Assembly: GCA_963713825.1 (NCBI GenBank)
Contig: CAVQNG010000014.1
Span: 32,001-96,000 of the forward strand
From: an uncultured Acidobacteriota bacterium
GTDB taxonomy: Bacteria > Acidobacteriota > Thermoanaerobaculia > Multivoradales > JAHEKO01
Direction of reading: 5' to 3'
Length of the DNA: 64,000 nucleotides
Shown here: positions 1 through 10,464 of the stretch, piece by piece
Numbering within the stretch: the first letter of the stretch is position 1
Layout of the letters: each line of letters begins with the position of its first letter
Notes under the pieces: model-generated
What the model was told of the DNA's origin: nothing
Databases searched by the model: none
What the model saw: only the letters and a program-made list of their open reading frames with translations
Made by a program: the position numbers and the translations under genes

Positions 1-1
1 G

Positions 2-556
2 ATCGATAGCGAAGAGCCTGGATACTCGCGAACCTACGTCTATGTTGCCGACCAGGAGATCGGGAAACTGGAGATCGTGACGGTGATCGAGGCATTGAAG
101 GAGGGACGCTCCTTCGTGACCAACGGGCCGATCGTCGAATTGATGGTGGACGATCGGTATCGTCCAGGTGACTTGCTTTCCTCCCAGAGCGGCGAGGTGG
201 AGCTGGCGATCGAAGTGCGGACTGCTCCGTGGGTCACAGTCGATGAGGCCAGGGTCCTCGTCAACGGCTCGGTGGAGCGAGTCCTCGAGATTGAAGGCGA
301 CGCCGGATCGAACCAAGCGCTTCAGGAGAGGGTGAAACTGAAACTGGAACGGGATGCGTTCGTCCTTGTCGAAGTGGTTGGGAACAAGAGTCTATATCCA
401 GTAGTGCAGGCGAGATCCCTCGCCCCTGATGGCTCCTCGAGAGAGGTGACACCGTACGCTCTGACCAATCCGGTTTTTGTCGATGTCGACGGCAACAGTC
501 GATTCGACGCCCCGCTCCCCAGGCAGATTCGATCGCTCCTGGACGCAGCCGAGTAG
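2..556 (+). CDS. C-terminal part of a CehA/McbA-like (PHP-fold) metallohydrolase, truncated by window start
   Basis: Frame open from base 2 (IDSEEPGYSRTYVY...ALKEGRSFVTNGP...ALTNPVFVDVDG). GxxRTYV, GRSFVTNGP and TNPVFVD are typical of this family's C-terminus. Confidence 0.7.
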   Translation: MDSEEPGYSRTYVYVADQEIGKLEIVTVIEALKEGRSFVTNGPIVELMVDDRYRPGDLLSSQSGEVELAIEVRTAPWVTVDEARVLVNGSVERVLEIEGDAGSNQALQERVKLKLERDAFVLVEVVGNKSLYPVVQARSLAPDGSSREVTPYALTNPVFVDVDGNSRFDAPLPRQIRSLLDAAE

Positions 557-782
557 AGCCGATCCGTTTCGTGGGGCAGGTGTTCGAACCCACCCTTTTG
601 GGTAGGGACTTCTCCTACTTTCCTATATGAGCGGGTAGCTACCTACTGAGGTATTGCAGTCACTGTGCCTTTCGAATCAACCTAAACCGCAGTTGGCTCG
701 ACAGGAGGAAGCGGTTGTCCATGAGGCAGCTCGACAGGTTCCGTAGCTTCGCGGAGCTCATCCGAACGGGGGAGGTGTAGCC

Positions 783-3584
783 ATGTGTAGACGTACAGTC
801 CATGTCCTGGCGGTTTTTGGCGTGATCTTCGCACTGAGCCTGATGGCTGCAGCGCAGACAACCTCGGGCCGTCTCCGAGGAACGGTTCAAGATCCAGATG
901 GCGTGCCCATGCCGGGAGTCACCGTCACCCTGTCGGGCGAGTCTCTGGGCGGTGCACCGCAGCTCGCCGTAACCGGTGAGTCAGGTGCGTTTCGCTACCC
1001 AGCTCTACCCCCCGGCACTTACAACATCATAGCGGAGATGGATGGGTTTCAAACCCAGAGCCTGGAGAATGTCCAGGTATCGTTAGGCGCAACGGCATCG
1101 GCGAACTTCGTACTCTATGCGGAGTTCGCGGAGGCTGTCACGGTCTCCAGTGAGGCGCCTTTGGTGGATGTCACCAGTTCCAGTGTAGGTACAAATTTCT
1201 CGCTCGAGACTCTGGAGCAGACCCCAACGACCCGCAATTTCTACGATCTCATGCAGGTCTCCCCAGGGTTGTCAAAGTCTACGGAAGAGTCGGATCGTAC
1301 GATCTCGTTCGGCTCGGATTCACAGTCGAACGCCTGGTACAACGACGGCGTCGAGACCACGGCTCCGGAGACCGGCAGCGGCTGGGTCGGCGCCAACCCC
1401 GACATGATCCAGGAGATCCAGATCATGGGCATCGGAGCGCCGGCCGAGTACGGCAATATGCTCGGAGCGGCTCTCAACGTGGTGACGAAGTCGGGCACCA
1501 ATCAATTCAAGGGTGGGGCCAACGCCTTCTGGTATAGCGATTCCCTCGTCGATTCGGATATCAACTTCACCGAGGCGGAGAACCCCGAATACGTCCAGTC
1601 GCAGGATTTCATCGATTTCACGGCAACGCTCGGTGGACCGATCAAGAAGGACCGCGCCTGGTTCTTCCTTGGCTATGAGTATTGGCGCGACGGCTATGCC
1701 ATGCCCGGTGAAGACCCGGACATGATTCCCGAGTGGTACACCGATCGCTACGACCTCAAGCTGAGTCTTCGGATCAACGACAAGAATCTCTTGGACTTCA
1801 AGGGTGCCTTGACCGATTGGGGTTATCCGGCGTCTCCGAACCAGTTCATATCGCCTTCGGCGTCTGCTGGCGAAGTTGGCGACGACACGATCTGGGGTCT
1901 GAGCTGGCAGTCGATCTTCAGCGACCGAACTTTCATGGAGGTGCGTTACTCGGGTTGGAAGAGCAACGATGACTTCCTCTCGAACACGGGGAGCACCGAG
2001 GCGGCGTTCATCGATTACAGCCCACCGGGGGGAGGACCTGCGACCTACAGCGGTGGAGTCTGGTGGCCCTGGACCTACGACACCTCGACCGATCAGGCCA
2101 GCATTGTGGTTTCTCACTTCGCCGACGACTTTCTGAAGGGGGACCACGATTTCAAGTTCGGTATCCAGGCGAACTCGGGTGAAGCCAAGACCCTGACGAC
2201 TCCTTCGTCGACTGGCTCCTATTACTACCGCTATACCTACAACTACGATTACTACGGCACGATCTATCCCTACGACTACTACTACAAGGTGGATGGCTTA
2301 CCCTACTACTATGGCAACGAGCAGGACGCCTGGGCGCTATTTGTCGATGATTCCTGGGCTGTTTCAGATCGGTTGACTCTCAACCTGGGCCTGCGTTATG
2401 ACAATCTCCAGGGAAAGGTTCCGAGCTTTCCTAGCTTGAATCCGGATGGCAGCCCAAGTGGACAGACTATTCCGGGCGTCGACACCGTCGATTGGAGCAA
2501 CTGGTCACCCCGCCTCGGTTTCGCCTACAACGCGGGCGAGCAGCGCAAGATGGTGATCCGGGGTTCCGCTGGTGTCTACTACAACGGCAATGTGGGAGGG
2601 AACTGGAACAGTCCGCCACCCTTTGCTCCTGAATTGACCGCATACTGGGCATACTCGCCTGACGGTCCCTGGGATGAAGTTGCCTGGACCTGGGATTCGG
2701 GGCCCACGAGTGTCGATCCGAATCTGAAGGCACCAAAGACCTTGCAGTACTCGCTTGGCTTCGAGCAGGAATTCGGGAAGGCCTATTCTTGGGGTGCCAT
2801 GCTGGTCTACAAGGACACGACCAACAATATCGGATGGCGGATCCTAGACGATGGGGTCTATGACGAGATTCCGTTCACCGATCCCTACAATGGACGGGAG
2901 TACATCTTGTGGGACGTTGTGGATGATCAGTTTCCGACTGCAATCAAGGGCAATGGACCGGGAGTCACCTCGGCTGGAGTCAAGGACGACTACTGGGCGA
3001 AGTACTCGGGTATCGTGCTGACTTTCAATCGCCGGTTCACCGACTGGTGGGGTGTGACCGCTTCCTACACGTACTCGGAGTCGACCGGTTTGAATGCGAG
3101 ACCCTGGTCGCAGACCCAGAACAACCCCATGTACGGTAGCAAGATCGGATCCAACCCGAATCAGTACTTCAACTTGGACGGTGCAAACCTAACCGGAGAC
3201 CGTCCCAACATGTTGCGCGTTCTGGCGAATTTCACGCTACCGTGGGAGATGCGTGCAAGTACTGTGATCAATTTCCAGGACGGACGACCGTACTACCGGC
3301 AGATCTCGGGCAACTACTCAACGAACCGGACGGGCCAGGGGCGGTTCGTAGCAGATAGCTCGTTTCGACACGATTTCCAGTATCTGGTGGACTTCTCGAT
3401 CGGGAAGGACTTCAGGATTCCTGGCAATGGAAGATTGAAGCTCGATCTGCAATTCTTCAACCTCTTGAACAGCGCGGAGGTCGACTACTTCGAGACCACT
3501 CTGCTGGAGTATCCAGACGATTTTCGGCCGAACTGGTGGGTCAAGCCGCGGCGCTTGCAGCTGCACCTAGGTGTCGAGTGGTAG
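783..3584 (+). CDS. TonB-dependent receptor, Oar-like, with N-terminal carboxypeptidase-regulatory-like domain
   Basis: Signal peptide, G.V.D..G..MPGVTVT domain, plug motif APAEYG...NVVTKSGTN, LTLNLGLRYD, PRLGFAY, aromatic C-terminal residue (GVEW); GGAGG RBS upstream. Confidence 0.92.
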   Translation: MCRRTVHVLAVFGVIFALSLMAAAQTTSGRLRGTVQDPDGVPMPGVTVTLSGESLGGAPQLAVTGESGAFRYPALPPGTYNIIAEMDGFQTQSLENVQVSLGATASANFVLYAEFAEAVTVSSEAPLVDVTSSSVGTNFSLETLEQTPTTRNFYDLMQVSPGLSKSTEESDRTISFGSDSQSNAWYNDGVETTAPETGSGWVGANPDMIQEIQIMGIGAPAEYGNMLGAALNVVTKSGTNQFKGGANAFWYSDSLVDSDINFTEAENPEYVQSQDFIDFTATLGGPIKKDRAWFFLGYEYWRDGYAMPGEDPDMIPEWYTDRYDLKLSLRINDKNLLDFKGALTDWGYPASPNQFISPSASAGEVGDDTIWGLSWQSIFSDRTFMEVRYSGWKSNDDFLSNTGSTEAAFIDYSPPGGGPATYSGGVWWPWTYDTSTDQASIVVSHFADDFLKGDHDFKFGIQANSGEAKTLTTPSSTGSYYYRYTYNYDYYGTIYPYDYYYKVDGLPYYYGNEQDAWALFVDDSWAVSDRLTLNLGLRYDNLQGKVPSFPSLNPDGSPSGQTIPGVDTVDWSNWSPRLGFAYNAGEQRKMVIRGSAGVYYNGNVGGNWNSPPPFAPELTAYWAYSPDGPWDEVAWTWDSGPTSVDPNLKAPKTLQYSLGFEQEFGKAYSWGAMLVYKDTTNNIGWRILDDGVYDEIPFTDPYNGREYILWDVVDDQFPTAIKGNGPGVTSAGVKDDYWAKYSGIVLTFNRRFTDWWGVTASYTYSESTGLNARPWSQTQNNPMYGSKIGSNPNQYFNLDGANLTGDRPNMLRVLANFTLPWEMRASTVINFQDGRPYYRQISGNYSTNRTGQGRFVADSSFRHDFQYLVDFSIGKDFRIPGNGRLKLDLQFFNLLNSAEVDYFETTLLEYPDDFRPNWWVKPRRLQLHLGVEW

Positions 3585-3617
3585 CTCTGTAGACCTCGCA
3601 GTCTTTTCCGTATGATT

Positions 3618-3653
3618 CGGGCGGCGGGTTCTCTCGCCGCCCGTTCTTTTCTT
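3618..3653 (+). terminator. Intrinsic terminator after the TonB receptor gene
   Basis: CGGGCGGCG...CGCCGCCCG stem (3618-3626/3635-3643) followed by TTCTTTTCTT. Confidence 0.7.
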
Positions 3654-3687
3654 GCAGTGACGACCGGCAAGTGGGGGAGGTAGATCC

Positions 3688-5259
3688 ATGACGGACACCG
3701 GAGGATTCAAGATCACCTACGCGACCTTGGCAGCGCCAGCCGAAGAGGTACATGAGGCCTTCGAGGCCGCCGCTCGCAACCTCGAGGGTGAGCTGGGCAA
3801 GACGCACCCGATCTGGTACGGCGGTGAGCCCTACTTGAGCGGCGAGGTCTTCGAGGATCGGTCACCGACCGATGGTCGAGTCGTGGTCGGCAGGTTCCAG
3901 AAATCGACGCCGAACCAGGTGGGTGACGCCATCGCGACCGCCTATCAGGCCTTCGGCGAGTGGAGCCGGATGCCCTGGCGTCGGCGCCTCGGGGTGCTGC
4001 GAGTGGCCGCCGAGAACATCAGCACCCACCGTTTCGAGCTGGCTGCCCTGATGAGTCTGGAAGTGGGAAAGAACCGCTTCGAGGCCCTGGCGGACGCCGA
4101 GGAGGCGGCGGATCTGCTGCGCTACTACTGCCAGCAGATGGAGGATGCGGAAGGGTTCGATCGACCCATGGGACAGTTGGCTCCGAACGAGAGTACGCGT
4201 GATGTTCTGCGACCCTACGGAGTCTGGGTTGTGGTTTCGCCCTTCAACTTTCCCGTTGCCCTGGCCGCCGGAATGGCTGCTGGGGCGCTGGTCGCTGGCA
4301 ACACCGTAGTTCTGAAGCCAGCTAGCGAAGCGCCTGCCAGTGCTCTCAAGCTCTACGAGATCATGGCCGAGGCGGGGCTGCCTGCAGGGGTGTTGAACTA
4401 CATCACCGGGAACGGCGCCGAGGTGGGTACTGCCTTGGTTGACGACCCCCGTGTTGCGGGTCTCGTATTCACGGGCTCGAAAGAAGTCGGCATGCAGATT
4501 TTCAAGCGGTTCAACGAAGATCGCGTGCGACCGTGCTTTCTCGAGATGGGAGGCAAGAATCCGACCATCGTGACGGCCAAGGCAGATCTGGAGAAGGCGG
4601 CTGAAGGGGTGGCTCGGTCCGCCTTCGGCTTCGGGGGGCAGAAGTGCAGCGCCTGCAGCCGCGTCTATGTCGTTCGGAGAGTGGCGGAGGATTTCAAGGA
4701 GCAGTTGCGAGAAAGAACGGCGGGGCTGGGGATCGGGGATCCCCTACGTCGTGAGAGTTTCCTGGGGCCAGTGATCAACCAAGCTGCGGTGCGCAAATTC
4801 GAGCAGGCCGTGGCCGAAGCCAGGCGCGATGGCGAGGTCTTGCTCGGTGGTGATGTCCTCGATGGGGAGGACTATAAGCACGGTTTCTTTGTCACCCCCA
4901 CCGTCGTGACCGGTCTACCGGAAGATCATCGGCTGGTTCGCGATGAGCTCTTCCTGCCGCTTCTTTACCTCGGCGAGGTCGACTCGCTCGAGCAAGGGAT
5001 CGAGTATTCGAACCGCAGCGAGTACGGCCTCACGGCCGGCATTTTCAGTGAAGATCTGCAGGAGGTCGAGACCTTCTTCGATTCGATCGAGTCCGGTGTG
5101 ACCTATGCGAATCGACGCAGCGGTGCGACGACGGGGGCCTGGCCTGGCGTCAACCCCTTTTGCGGCTGGAAATCCAGCGGCTCCACCGGCAAGGGAGTTT
5201 GCGGCCCCTACTATGTGTCACAGTTCCTGCGCGAGCAGAGTCGGACCCTCATGGAGTAG
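3688..5259 (+). CDS. Aldehyde dehydrogenase, P5C-dehydrogenase (RocA/PutA C-terminal)-like
   Basis: SPFNFP, FTGS, EMGGKN, GQKCSACSR catalytic Cys, ELF.P, YGLTAG. Confidence 0.88.
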   Translation: MTDTGGFKITYATLAAPAEEVHEAFEAAARNLEGELGKTHPIWYGGEPYLSGEVFEDRSPTDGRVVVGRFQKSTPNQVGDAIATAYQAFGEWSRMPWRRRLGVLRVAAENISTHRFELAALMSLEVGKNRFEALADAEEAADLLRYYCQQMEDAEGFDRPMGQLAPNESTRDVLRPYGVWVVVSPFNFPVALAAGMAAGALVAGNTVVLKPASEAPASALKLYEIMAEAGLPAGVLNYITGNGAEVGTALVDDPRVAGLVFTGSKEVGMQIFKRFNEDRVRPCFLEMGGKNPTIVTAKADLEKAAEGVARSAFGFGGQKCSACSRVYVVRRVAEDFKEQLRERTAGLGIGDPLRRESFLGPVINQAAVRKFEQAVAEARRDGEVLLGGDVLDGEDYKHGFFVTPTVVTGLPEDHRLVRDELFLPLLYLGEVDSLEQGIEYSNRSEYGLTAGIFSEDLQEVETFFDSIESGVTYANRRSGATTGAWPGVNPFCGWKSSGSTGKGVCGPYYVSQFLREQSRTLME

Positions 5260-5302
5260 GGAATCGGTTCCTCTCCCTCTTCTCTGATTTGGAGACTGAA
5301 TC

Positions 5303-6625
5303 ATGAACGCTTCTCAGGTCCCCTTCATCGGCACCTCCCTGCCTGGACCCAAGGCTCAGGCGATGCTGGATCGGGAGAAGGTCTGGGTCTCCCAGAACTA
5401 CGTCAAGGACTACCCGCTTGTGGTCGACAGGGCCGAGGGCATGGTCCTGACCGACATGGACGGCAATCGATTCCTCGATTTCGCGGCCGGCATTGCAGTC
5501 TGTGCGACGGGCCATTGTCACCCGCGGGTCGTCGCAGCCATCCAGAGGCAGGCCGAACGGTTGCTCCACCTTTGCGCCATCGACTTCTACTATCCGCAAG
5601 TCGTGGAGCTTGCCGAGCGGCTTGCCGCCCTGGCTCCGGGTGATTCCAAGAAGCGCGTCTACTTCGCCAATTCGGGTGCTGAAGGAGTCGAGACCGCTCT
5701 CAAGCTGGCGCGTCTGCGCACTGGGCGGCAGAAGATCGTCGCCTGCTTCGGCGCCTTTCATGGCCGGACCATGGGAGCGCTTTCGCTCACCGCGAGCAAG
5801 GCTACGCACCGCAGGGGCTACGCTCCATTTCTACCCGAAGTGCACCACACCCACTACGCCTCGTGCTATCGCTGCCCGGTGGGTGGCGAGCCGGGGACCT
5901 GCAAAGTCGAGTGCCTGGATCTCTTGGAAAAGACACTCTTCAACACCGTGGCACCGCCGGAGGAGATTGCGGCCATCGTCGTCGAGCCTGTGCAGGGCGA
6001 GGGTGGCTACTTCGTGCCGAAGCCTGAGTTCCTGGAGCGGATTGCCAGGCTAGCGAAGGAGCACGGCATCCTCGTTATCGCCGACGAGGTGCAGAGTGGT
6101 TTCGGCCGGACCGGCAAGATGTTCGCCTGCGAGCATTTCGAGCTCGAGCCGGACATCCTGGTACTGGGCAAGGGTATCGCTTCCGGCATGCCGCTCTCCG
6201 CGGTCGTGGCCAGCGACGAGCTCATGCAGTGGCGCTCAGGTGGGCATGGCAGCACGTTTGGGGGCAATCCCGTCTCCTGCGAGGCGGCCCTGGCGACGAT
6301 CGAGCTCCTGGAAGAGGGTTTGATCGACAACGTCACCAAGATGGGTGACTACTTGAAGGGCCGGCTGCAGGGGCTCATGGAGAAGCACGCCTGCATCGGA
6401 GACGTCCGAGGTTTGGGTCTGATGCTCGCCGTGGACCTGGTGAAGGATCGGGAGTCGAGAGAACCGGATGGGGAGCTGCTCGAAAAGGTTCTGTATTCGG
6501 CCTTCGAGAAGGGCGTGGCATTTCTCGGCTGTGGCGCGAGCAGTGTGCGCATCGCACCGCCGCTGATCATCACCGAAAGCGAAGCCGACATCGCGGTCGA
6601 CATCCTGGATCAGGTGCTGGCCTAA
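5303..6625 (+). CDS. Class III PLP aminotransferase (4-aminobutyrate/acetylornithine aminotransferase family)
   Basis: NSGAE, FHGRT, EPVQGEGG, DEVQSGFGRTG, LGKGIASG, HGSTFGGNP. Confidence 0.92.
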   Translation: MNASQVPFIGTSLPGPKAQAMLDREKVWVSQNYVKDYPLVVDRAEGMVLTDMDGNRFLDFAAGIAVCATGHCHPRVVAAIQRQAERLLHLCAIDFYYPQVVELAERLAALAPGDSKKRVYFANSGAEGVETALKLARLRTGRQKIVACFGAFHGRTMGALSLTASKATHRRGYAPFLPEVHHTHYASCYRCPVGGEPGTCKVECLDLLEKTLFNTVAPPEEIAAIVVEPVQGEGGYFVPKPEFLERIARLAKEHGILVIADEVQSGFGRTGKMFACEHFELEPDILVLGKGIASGMPLSAVVASDELMQWRSGGHGSTFGGNPVSCEAALATIELLEEGLIDNVTKMGDYLKGRLQGLMEKHACIGDVRGLGLMLAVDLVKDRESREPDGELLEKVLYSAFEKGVAFLGCGASSVRIAPPLIITESEADIAVDILDQVLA

Positions 6626-6628
6626 GCT

Positions 6629-7837
6629 ATGACGCGATCACGACAAGAGCTCTTCGAGGCGATCGACCGGGCCGAGCCGATCGACCTGCTGAGCGAGTTG
6701 ATTCGCATTCCCAGTCACCGTGGGCTCGAACGACAGGAAGAAGGAGTGGCTCTCGCTCTCGGCGCGTATCTGGAGTCGCATGGTCTCGAGGTGAGTCTCG
6801 AGGAGGTGGTAAAGGGACGACCGAATCTGATCTGCACTCTCGAGGGCGAGGGACGGGGTCGACACCTTCTTCTTTGTGGGCACACCGACACGGTTCCTCT
6901 GAATGAAGGTGACGAAGGTGTCGGGTTTTCGGGTCTTGTTCGCGATGGATGGGTCGAGGGACGTGGAAGTGTCGACATGAAGGGCGCCCTGGCTTCGATG
7001 GCCGCCACGATGGTGGCACTCCATCGAACCGGCCAATTGCAGAAAGGCCGGGTGACCTTGGCGGCGATCATCGACGAGGAGATGGAGAGCCTTGGCGCCG
7101 AGCATCTGGTGGCGAGCGGCTTCCAGGCAGACGGGGCCATCGTTGGAGAGCCGACCGAGAATCGTCTGAGCCTGGGTCACAAGGGGCTCGAGTGGCTCGA
7201 GTTTCGATTCCAGGGCAAAGCGGCCCATGGTGGCACACCGCAGGCGGGAATCAACGCGATCGACGCCGCTGCTCGCTTCATCGAGCTGGCGCGAACCGAG
7301 TTGGTGTGTCGATTTGGTGACCGTGCTGATCCTCTGCTGGGGCCACCGACCCTGAACTTCGGAACGATCCGGGGTGGGGACCAACCCTCGACCGTGGCGG
7401 CCTACTGCGCACTGACCGCCGATCGCCGTTCAGTACCTGGCGAGAACTTCGAGTCGATGACGAAAGAGCTTCGGGCTCTGCTCGATCGGGTCGAATCGGA
7501 AATGCCAGGACTGAGAACTGAGCTGGTCAGGGTCGCTGGGGGGATGGCGACTCTCGAGCATGTGGCCCTGAAAACGCAGGCCGACGATCCAGTAGCGCTA
7601 TCGGTCGACCGGGCCGCTCGCGAGGTTCTCGAGTCGGAGTGCGCCCCTGGCGACTTTCCCGCCTGGACCGATGGAGCGCTGCTGGCCGGTTTTGGAGGGA
7701 TTCCCACCGTCATCCTGGGACCCGGCGACTTGCAGCTTGCTCACTCGCCGCGGGAAGCCATCGAAGTCGAAGAGGTCTTGGAGGCGGCTCGGGTCTACGC
7801 AGTGGCAACACTCGACTTCTGCCACAAAAGCACATGA
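6629..7837 (+). CDS. M20 family metallopeptidase/deacylase (ArgE/DapE-like)
   Basis: GHTDTVP, GRGSVDMKG, DEE, VGEPT, GKAAHG, GPG...AH. Confidence 0.9.
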   Translation: MTRSRQELFEAIDRAEPIDLLSELIRIPSHRGLERQEEGVALALGAYLESHGLEVSLEEVVKGRPNLICTLEGEGRGRHLLLCGHTDTVPLNEGDEGVGFSGLVRDGWVEGRGSVDMKGALASMAATMVALHRTGQLQKGRVTLAAIIDEEMESLGAEHLVASGFQADGAIVGEPTENRLSLGHKGLEWLEFRFQGKAAHGGTPQAGINAIDAAARFIELARTELVCRFGDRADPLLGPPTLNFGTIRGGDQPSTVAAYCALTADRRSVPGENFESMTKELRALLDRVESEMPGLRTELVRVAGGMATLEHVALKTQADDPVALSVDRAAREVLESECAPGDFPAWTDGALLAGFGGIPTVILGPGDLQLAHSPREAIEVEEVLEAARVYAVATLDFCHKST

Positions 7838-9181
7838 AGCTTCGCGTCCCCCATACGTTCGCCCTGCTCTTCGGCCTCGTAGTCGTAGCCGCAATCGCGA
7901 CCCACTGGATTCCGGCTGGACAATTCGATCGGCAGGAGGTGGACGGCAGAGAGCTGGTGCTACCCGACTCGTATCACCGTGTCGAGGGCGCGCCCGCTGG
8001 CATTGCCGAGATCTTCTTGGCCTACCCGAGAGGGCTCGTCGAGACGGCATACATTGTTTTCTACATCTTCATCATCGGAGGGGCCTTTGGCGTCATCAAC
8101 GCAACTGGTGCGGTAGAGGCATCGATCAACGGCATCGTCAGAGCTTGCAGGGGGAGCGGGGAGCTGATCGTTGCGGTTCTGGTAGTGCTGTTCTCGATCG
8201 CCGGGGCCACGATCGGGATGGCGGAGGAGACCCTTGTCTTCCTCCCGGGTCTATTGATCCTGACGAGACGCCTCGGCTACAACGACATCACTGCTGGTGC
8301 TATCGGGCTGGTGGGGGCCGGCGCCGGGTTCTCGGGTGCCTTCCTCAATCCGTTCACGGTTGGCGTCGCGCAGGGCATCGCTGGACTGCCCCTGTTCTCG
8401 GGGTCGGCTACCGGTTGCTCGTCTGGACTGTAATCACCGCCATAACCGTCGTCTTCGTCGTGCTGTACGCGAGACGAACCCGAACGCAGGGTCAGATCGA
8501 GCGAACCGGCGAGCGAGACCAGTTCGGATGTGGGCGCTCGTCAGAAAGCTCGTGCTGGGACTGCTGGTGGCAGCACTCCTGTCTGTCGTGGTCGGTGCCC
8601 TGCGGTGGCAGTGGGGAATCATGGAGCTTTCAGGCCTCTTCATCGCGGTAGCGGTGCTGGCGGGCCTCGTCGGGGGCCTCGGCGCGAGCGGCACGGGCGA
8701 GCGATTTCTGGAGGGTGCCGCGGCGATCACGGGAGGCGCGCTGGTCGTGGGTCTGGCGCGCGGCATCCTGGTCATCTTCGATGGTGCGAGCGTCACCGAC
8801 ACCATCCTGTATGGCATGGCCTCCTCGGTGAGCGGGCTGCCCGCATCCATCAGCGTGGCCGGGATCTACGGAGTCCAGGTGCTGCTGAACTTCCTGGTTC
8901 CCTCGGGTAGTGGCCAGGCGGCCCTGTCGATCCCCATTCTGGCGCCTCTTGGCGACCTGGTCGGTGTAACCCGACAGACAACGGTGCTGGCGTACCAGTT
9001 TGGCGATGGGTTCTCGAACGTGCTGACTCCCACCCAGGGCTACTTCATGGCTGGGCTGGCGCTCATCGGCGTTCGTTGGGAACGCTGGGTGCGTTTCATC
9101 TGGCCCCTGCAGCTGATCTGGATCGCCACCGGGTTGGTGTTCTTGCTCATCGCCCACTGGATCCAGTGGGGCCCCTTCTGA
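7834..9181 (+). pseudogene. YfcC/ArcD-like basic amino acid antiporter, frameshifted (possible sequencing error)
   Basis: Starts MKLRVPHTFALLF (ATG 7834 overlaps upstream stop). Motifs GMAEE, NPFTVGVAQGIAGLPLFSG, VPSGSGQA and RQTTVLAYQFGDG are spread over different frames, with shifts at ~8400 and ~8500-8550. Confidence 0.75.
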
Positions 9182-9229
9182 GCTCACATTGAAGTCTGGC
9201 TCGACCTCGCCACCACGCCGGGGGTCCGA

Positions 9230-10426
9230 CTAGTCGGACTGGGCCTGGTCGGTGAAGCGGAGGTCCTCGTCGATCGAGAAACCCCTGGTGCGAAGCTCTT
9301 CGACATAGTGCTTCGGATTCACCGACAGCTCGCGCGGGACGGCCCCCCGAGTCGTATCGCCCCGCGCCATCATCTCGGCGACGATGGCTCCATCCCAACC
9401 GGTGGTGCGCTGCATGGATGTAAAGCCGGTGTCGGGATCGTAGAAATCGACGAGATCGAGCTGCGCCTCCGCAGCCCTTCCTTGATGGTGTCCTCTGGCG
9501 ACGACACGGATGACGACAGCGTCCTCGAACTTCCCGCGGACTTCGAGGCGAGGACCCAGGACGGCATGGAGGACATCCCTTGGCCTGACTGTTGCCCCTT
9601 GAATCTCCATCGGGTTTTGTTCGAATAGCCCGGCGTCGCGAAAGGCCTGCCACTGAGCCGCATGGCCCGGGTATCGAACCGTGCGGTTTTCCAGGGTCTG
9701 GAGCTTGCCGGCGAAGGTCCAGGGCATGGTGGAGGTGCCACCGGCCGTGACGAAAGCCTCGAGCTCGCCGAACGGCTCCGGGAAATCGAGTAGCTCGTAT
9801 CCTTCCGGGTCGAAGCAGGGGACTTCCGTGATCTCCCCGCCCCGCAGAAAGATCCCGTTGCCGTCGTACTCGTTCGTGAGGCCGGCGATGTTGAAGGTCA
9901 GAGCGTAGTTCCATGGCGGTTGGGGCCGAGCCGGAATGCCGCCGTCCCACATGATCACCTCTCGTGGATCGTCCAGGAGATTCATGGTGTAGGTCATCAA
10001 ACTGGTTCCCATTCCCGGTACCTGGCCGCAATCGGGGATGATGCTGATGCCGGCTTCGCGGGCCCGGCTGTCGAGCTCGAGCTGCTGCCGCACGATGGCG
10101 GTGTTGCCGCCGAGATCGCACATATTGGCGCGGGCTTCGATGGCGGCTTCGGTCAACGGCAGATTGAGGTAGTACGGCACGGCGCTCAAGAAGCTGTCGA
10201 TGTTCTGAAGGAAAGCCACCACCGCCTCGTGGTCAGTGACATCGAGGCCGGCGCCACTGGCGATAGTGCTTCCAACCAACTCGTTGACCCGAAGTGCGGC
10301 TCGGCCGGCGGCCTCGGAATCGAGGTCGGCGATGACGACACTGGTCGCGTCGCCGTTGGAGGCCATGTCGAACGCAGCCGCTGTTCCCTGACGTCCGCCA
10401 CCCAGAACCCCATACTTGAAGCTCAT
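9230..10426 (-). CDS. Saccharopine dehydrogenase / lysine 6-dehydrogenase family protein
   Basis: Start MSFKYGVLGGGRQG with GGAGG RBS; SAVPYYLN, DLGGN, DCGQVPG, GGTST, TVRYPGH, MQRTTG. Confidence 0.88.
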   Translation of the reverse strand: MSFKYGVLGGGRQGTAAAFDMASNGDATSVVIADLDSEAAGRAALRVNELVGSTIASGAGLDVTDHEAVVAFLQNIDSFLSAVPYYLNLPLTEAAIEARANMCDLGGNTAIVRQQLELDSRAREAGISIIPDCGQVPGMGTSLMTYTMNLLDDPREVIMWDGGIPARPQPPWNYALTFNIAGLTNEYDGNGIFLRGGEITEVPCFDPEGYELLDFPEPFGELEAFVTAGGTSTMPWTFAGKLQTLENRTVRYPGHAAQWQAFRDAGLFEQNPMEIQGATVRPRDVLHAVLGPRLEVRGKFEDAVVIRVVARGHHQGRAAEAQLDLVDFYDPDTGFTSMQRTTGWDGAIVAEMMARGDTTRGAVPRELSVNPKHYVEELRTRGFSIDEDLRFTDQAQSD

Positions 10427-10464
10427 TCGTCTCCCTCCAGAAAATGCGGTTCGATCAGGGTCTA

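Noticed and set aside
571-600. GTTCGAACCC resembling a tRNA T-loop
   Set aside because: No acceptor stem, D arm or anticodon arm can be built around it.
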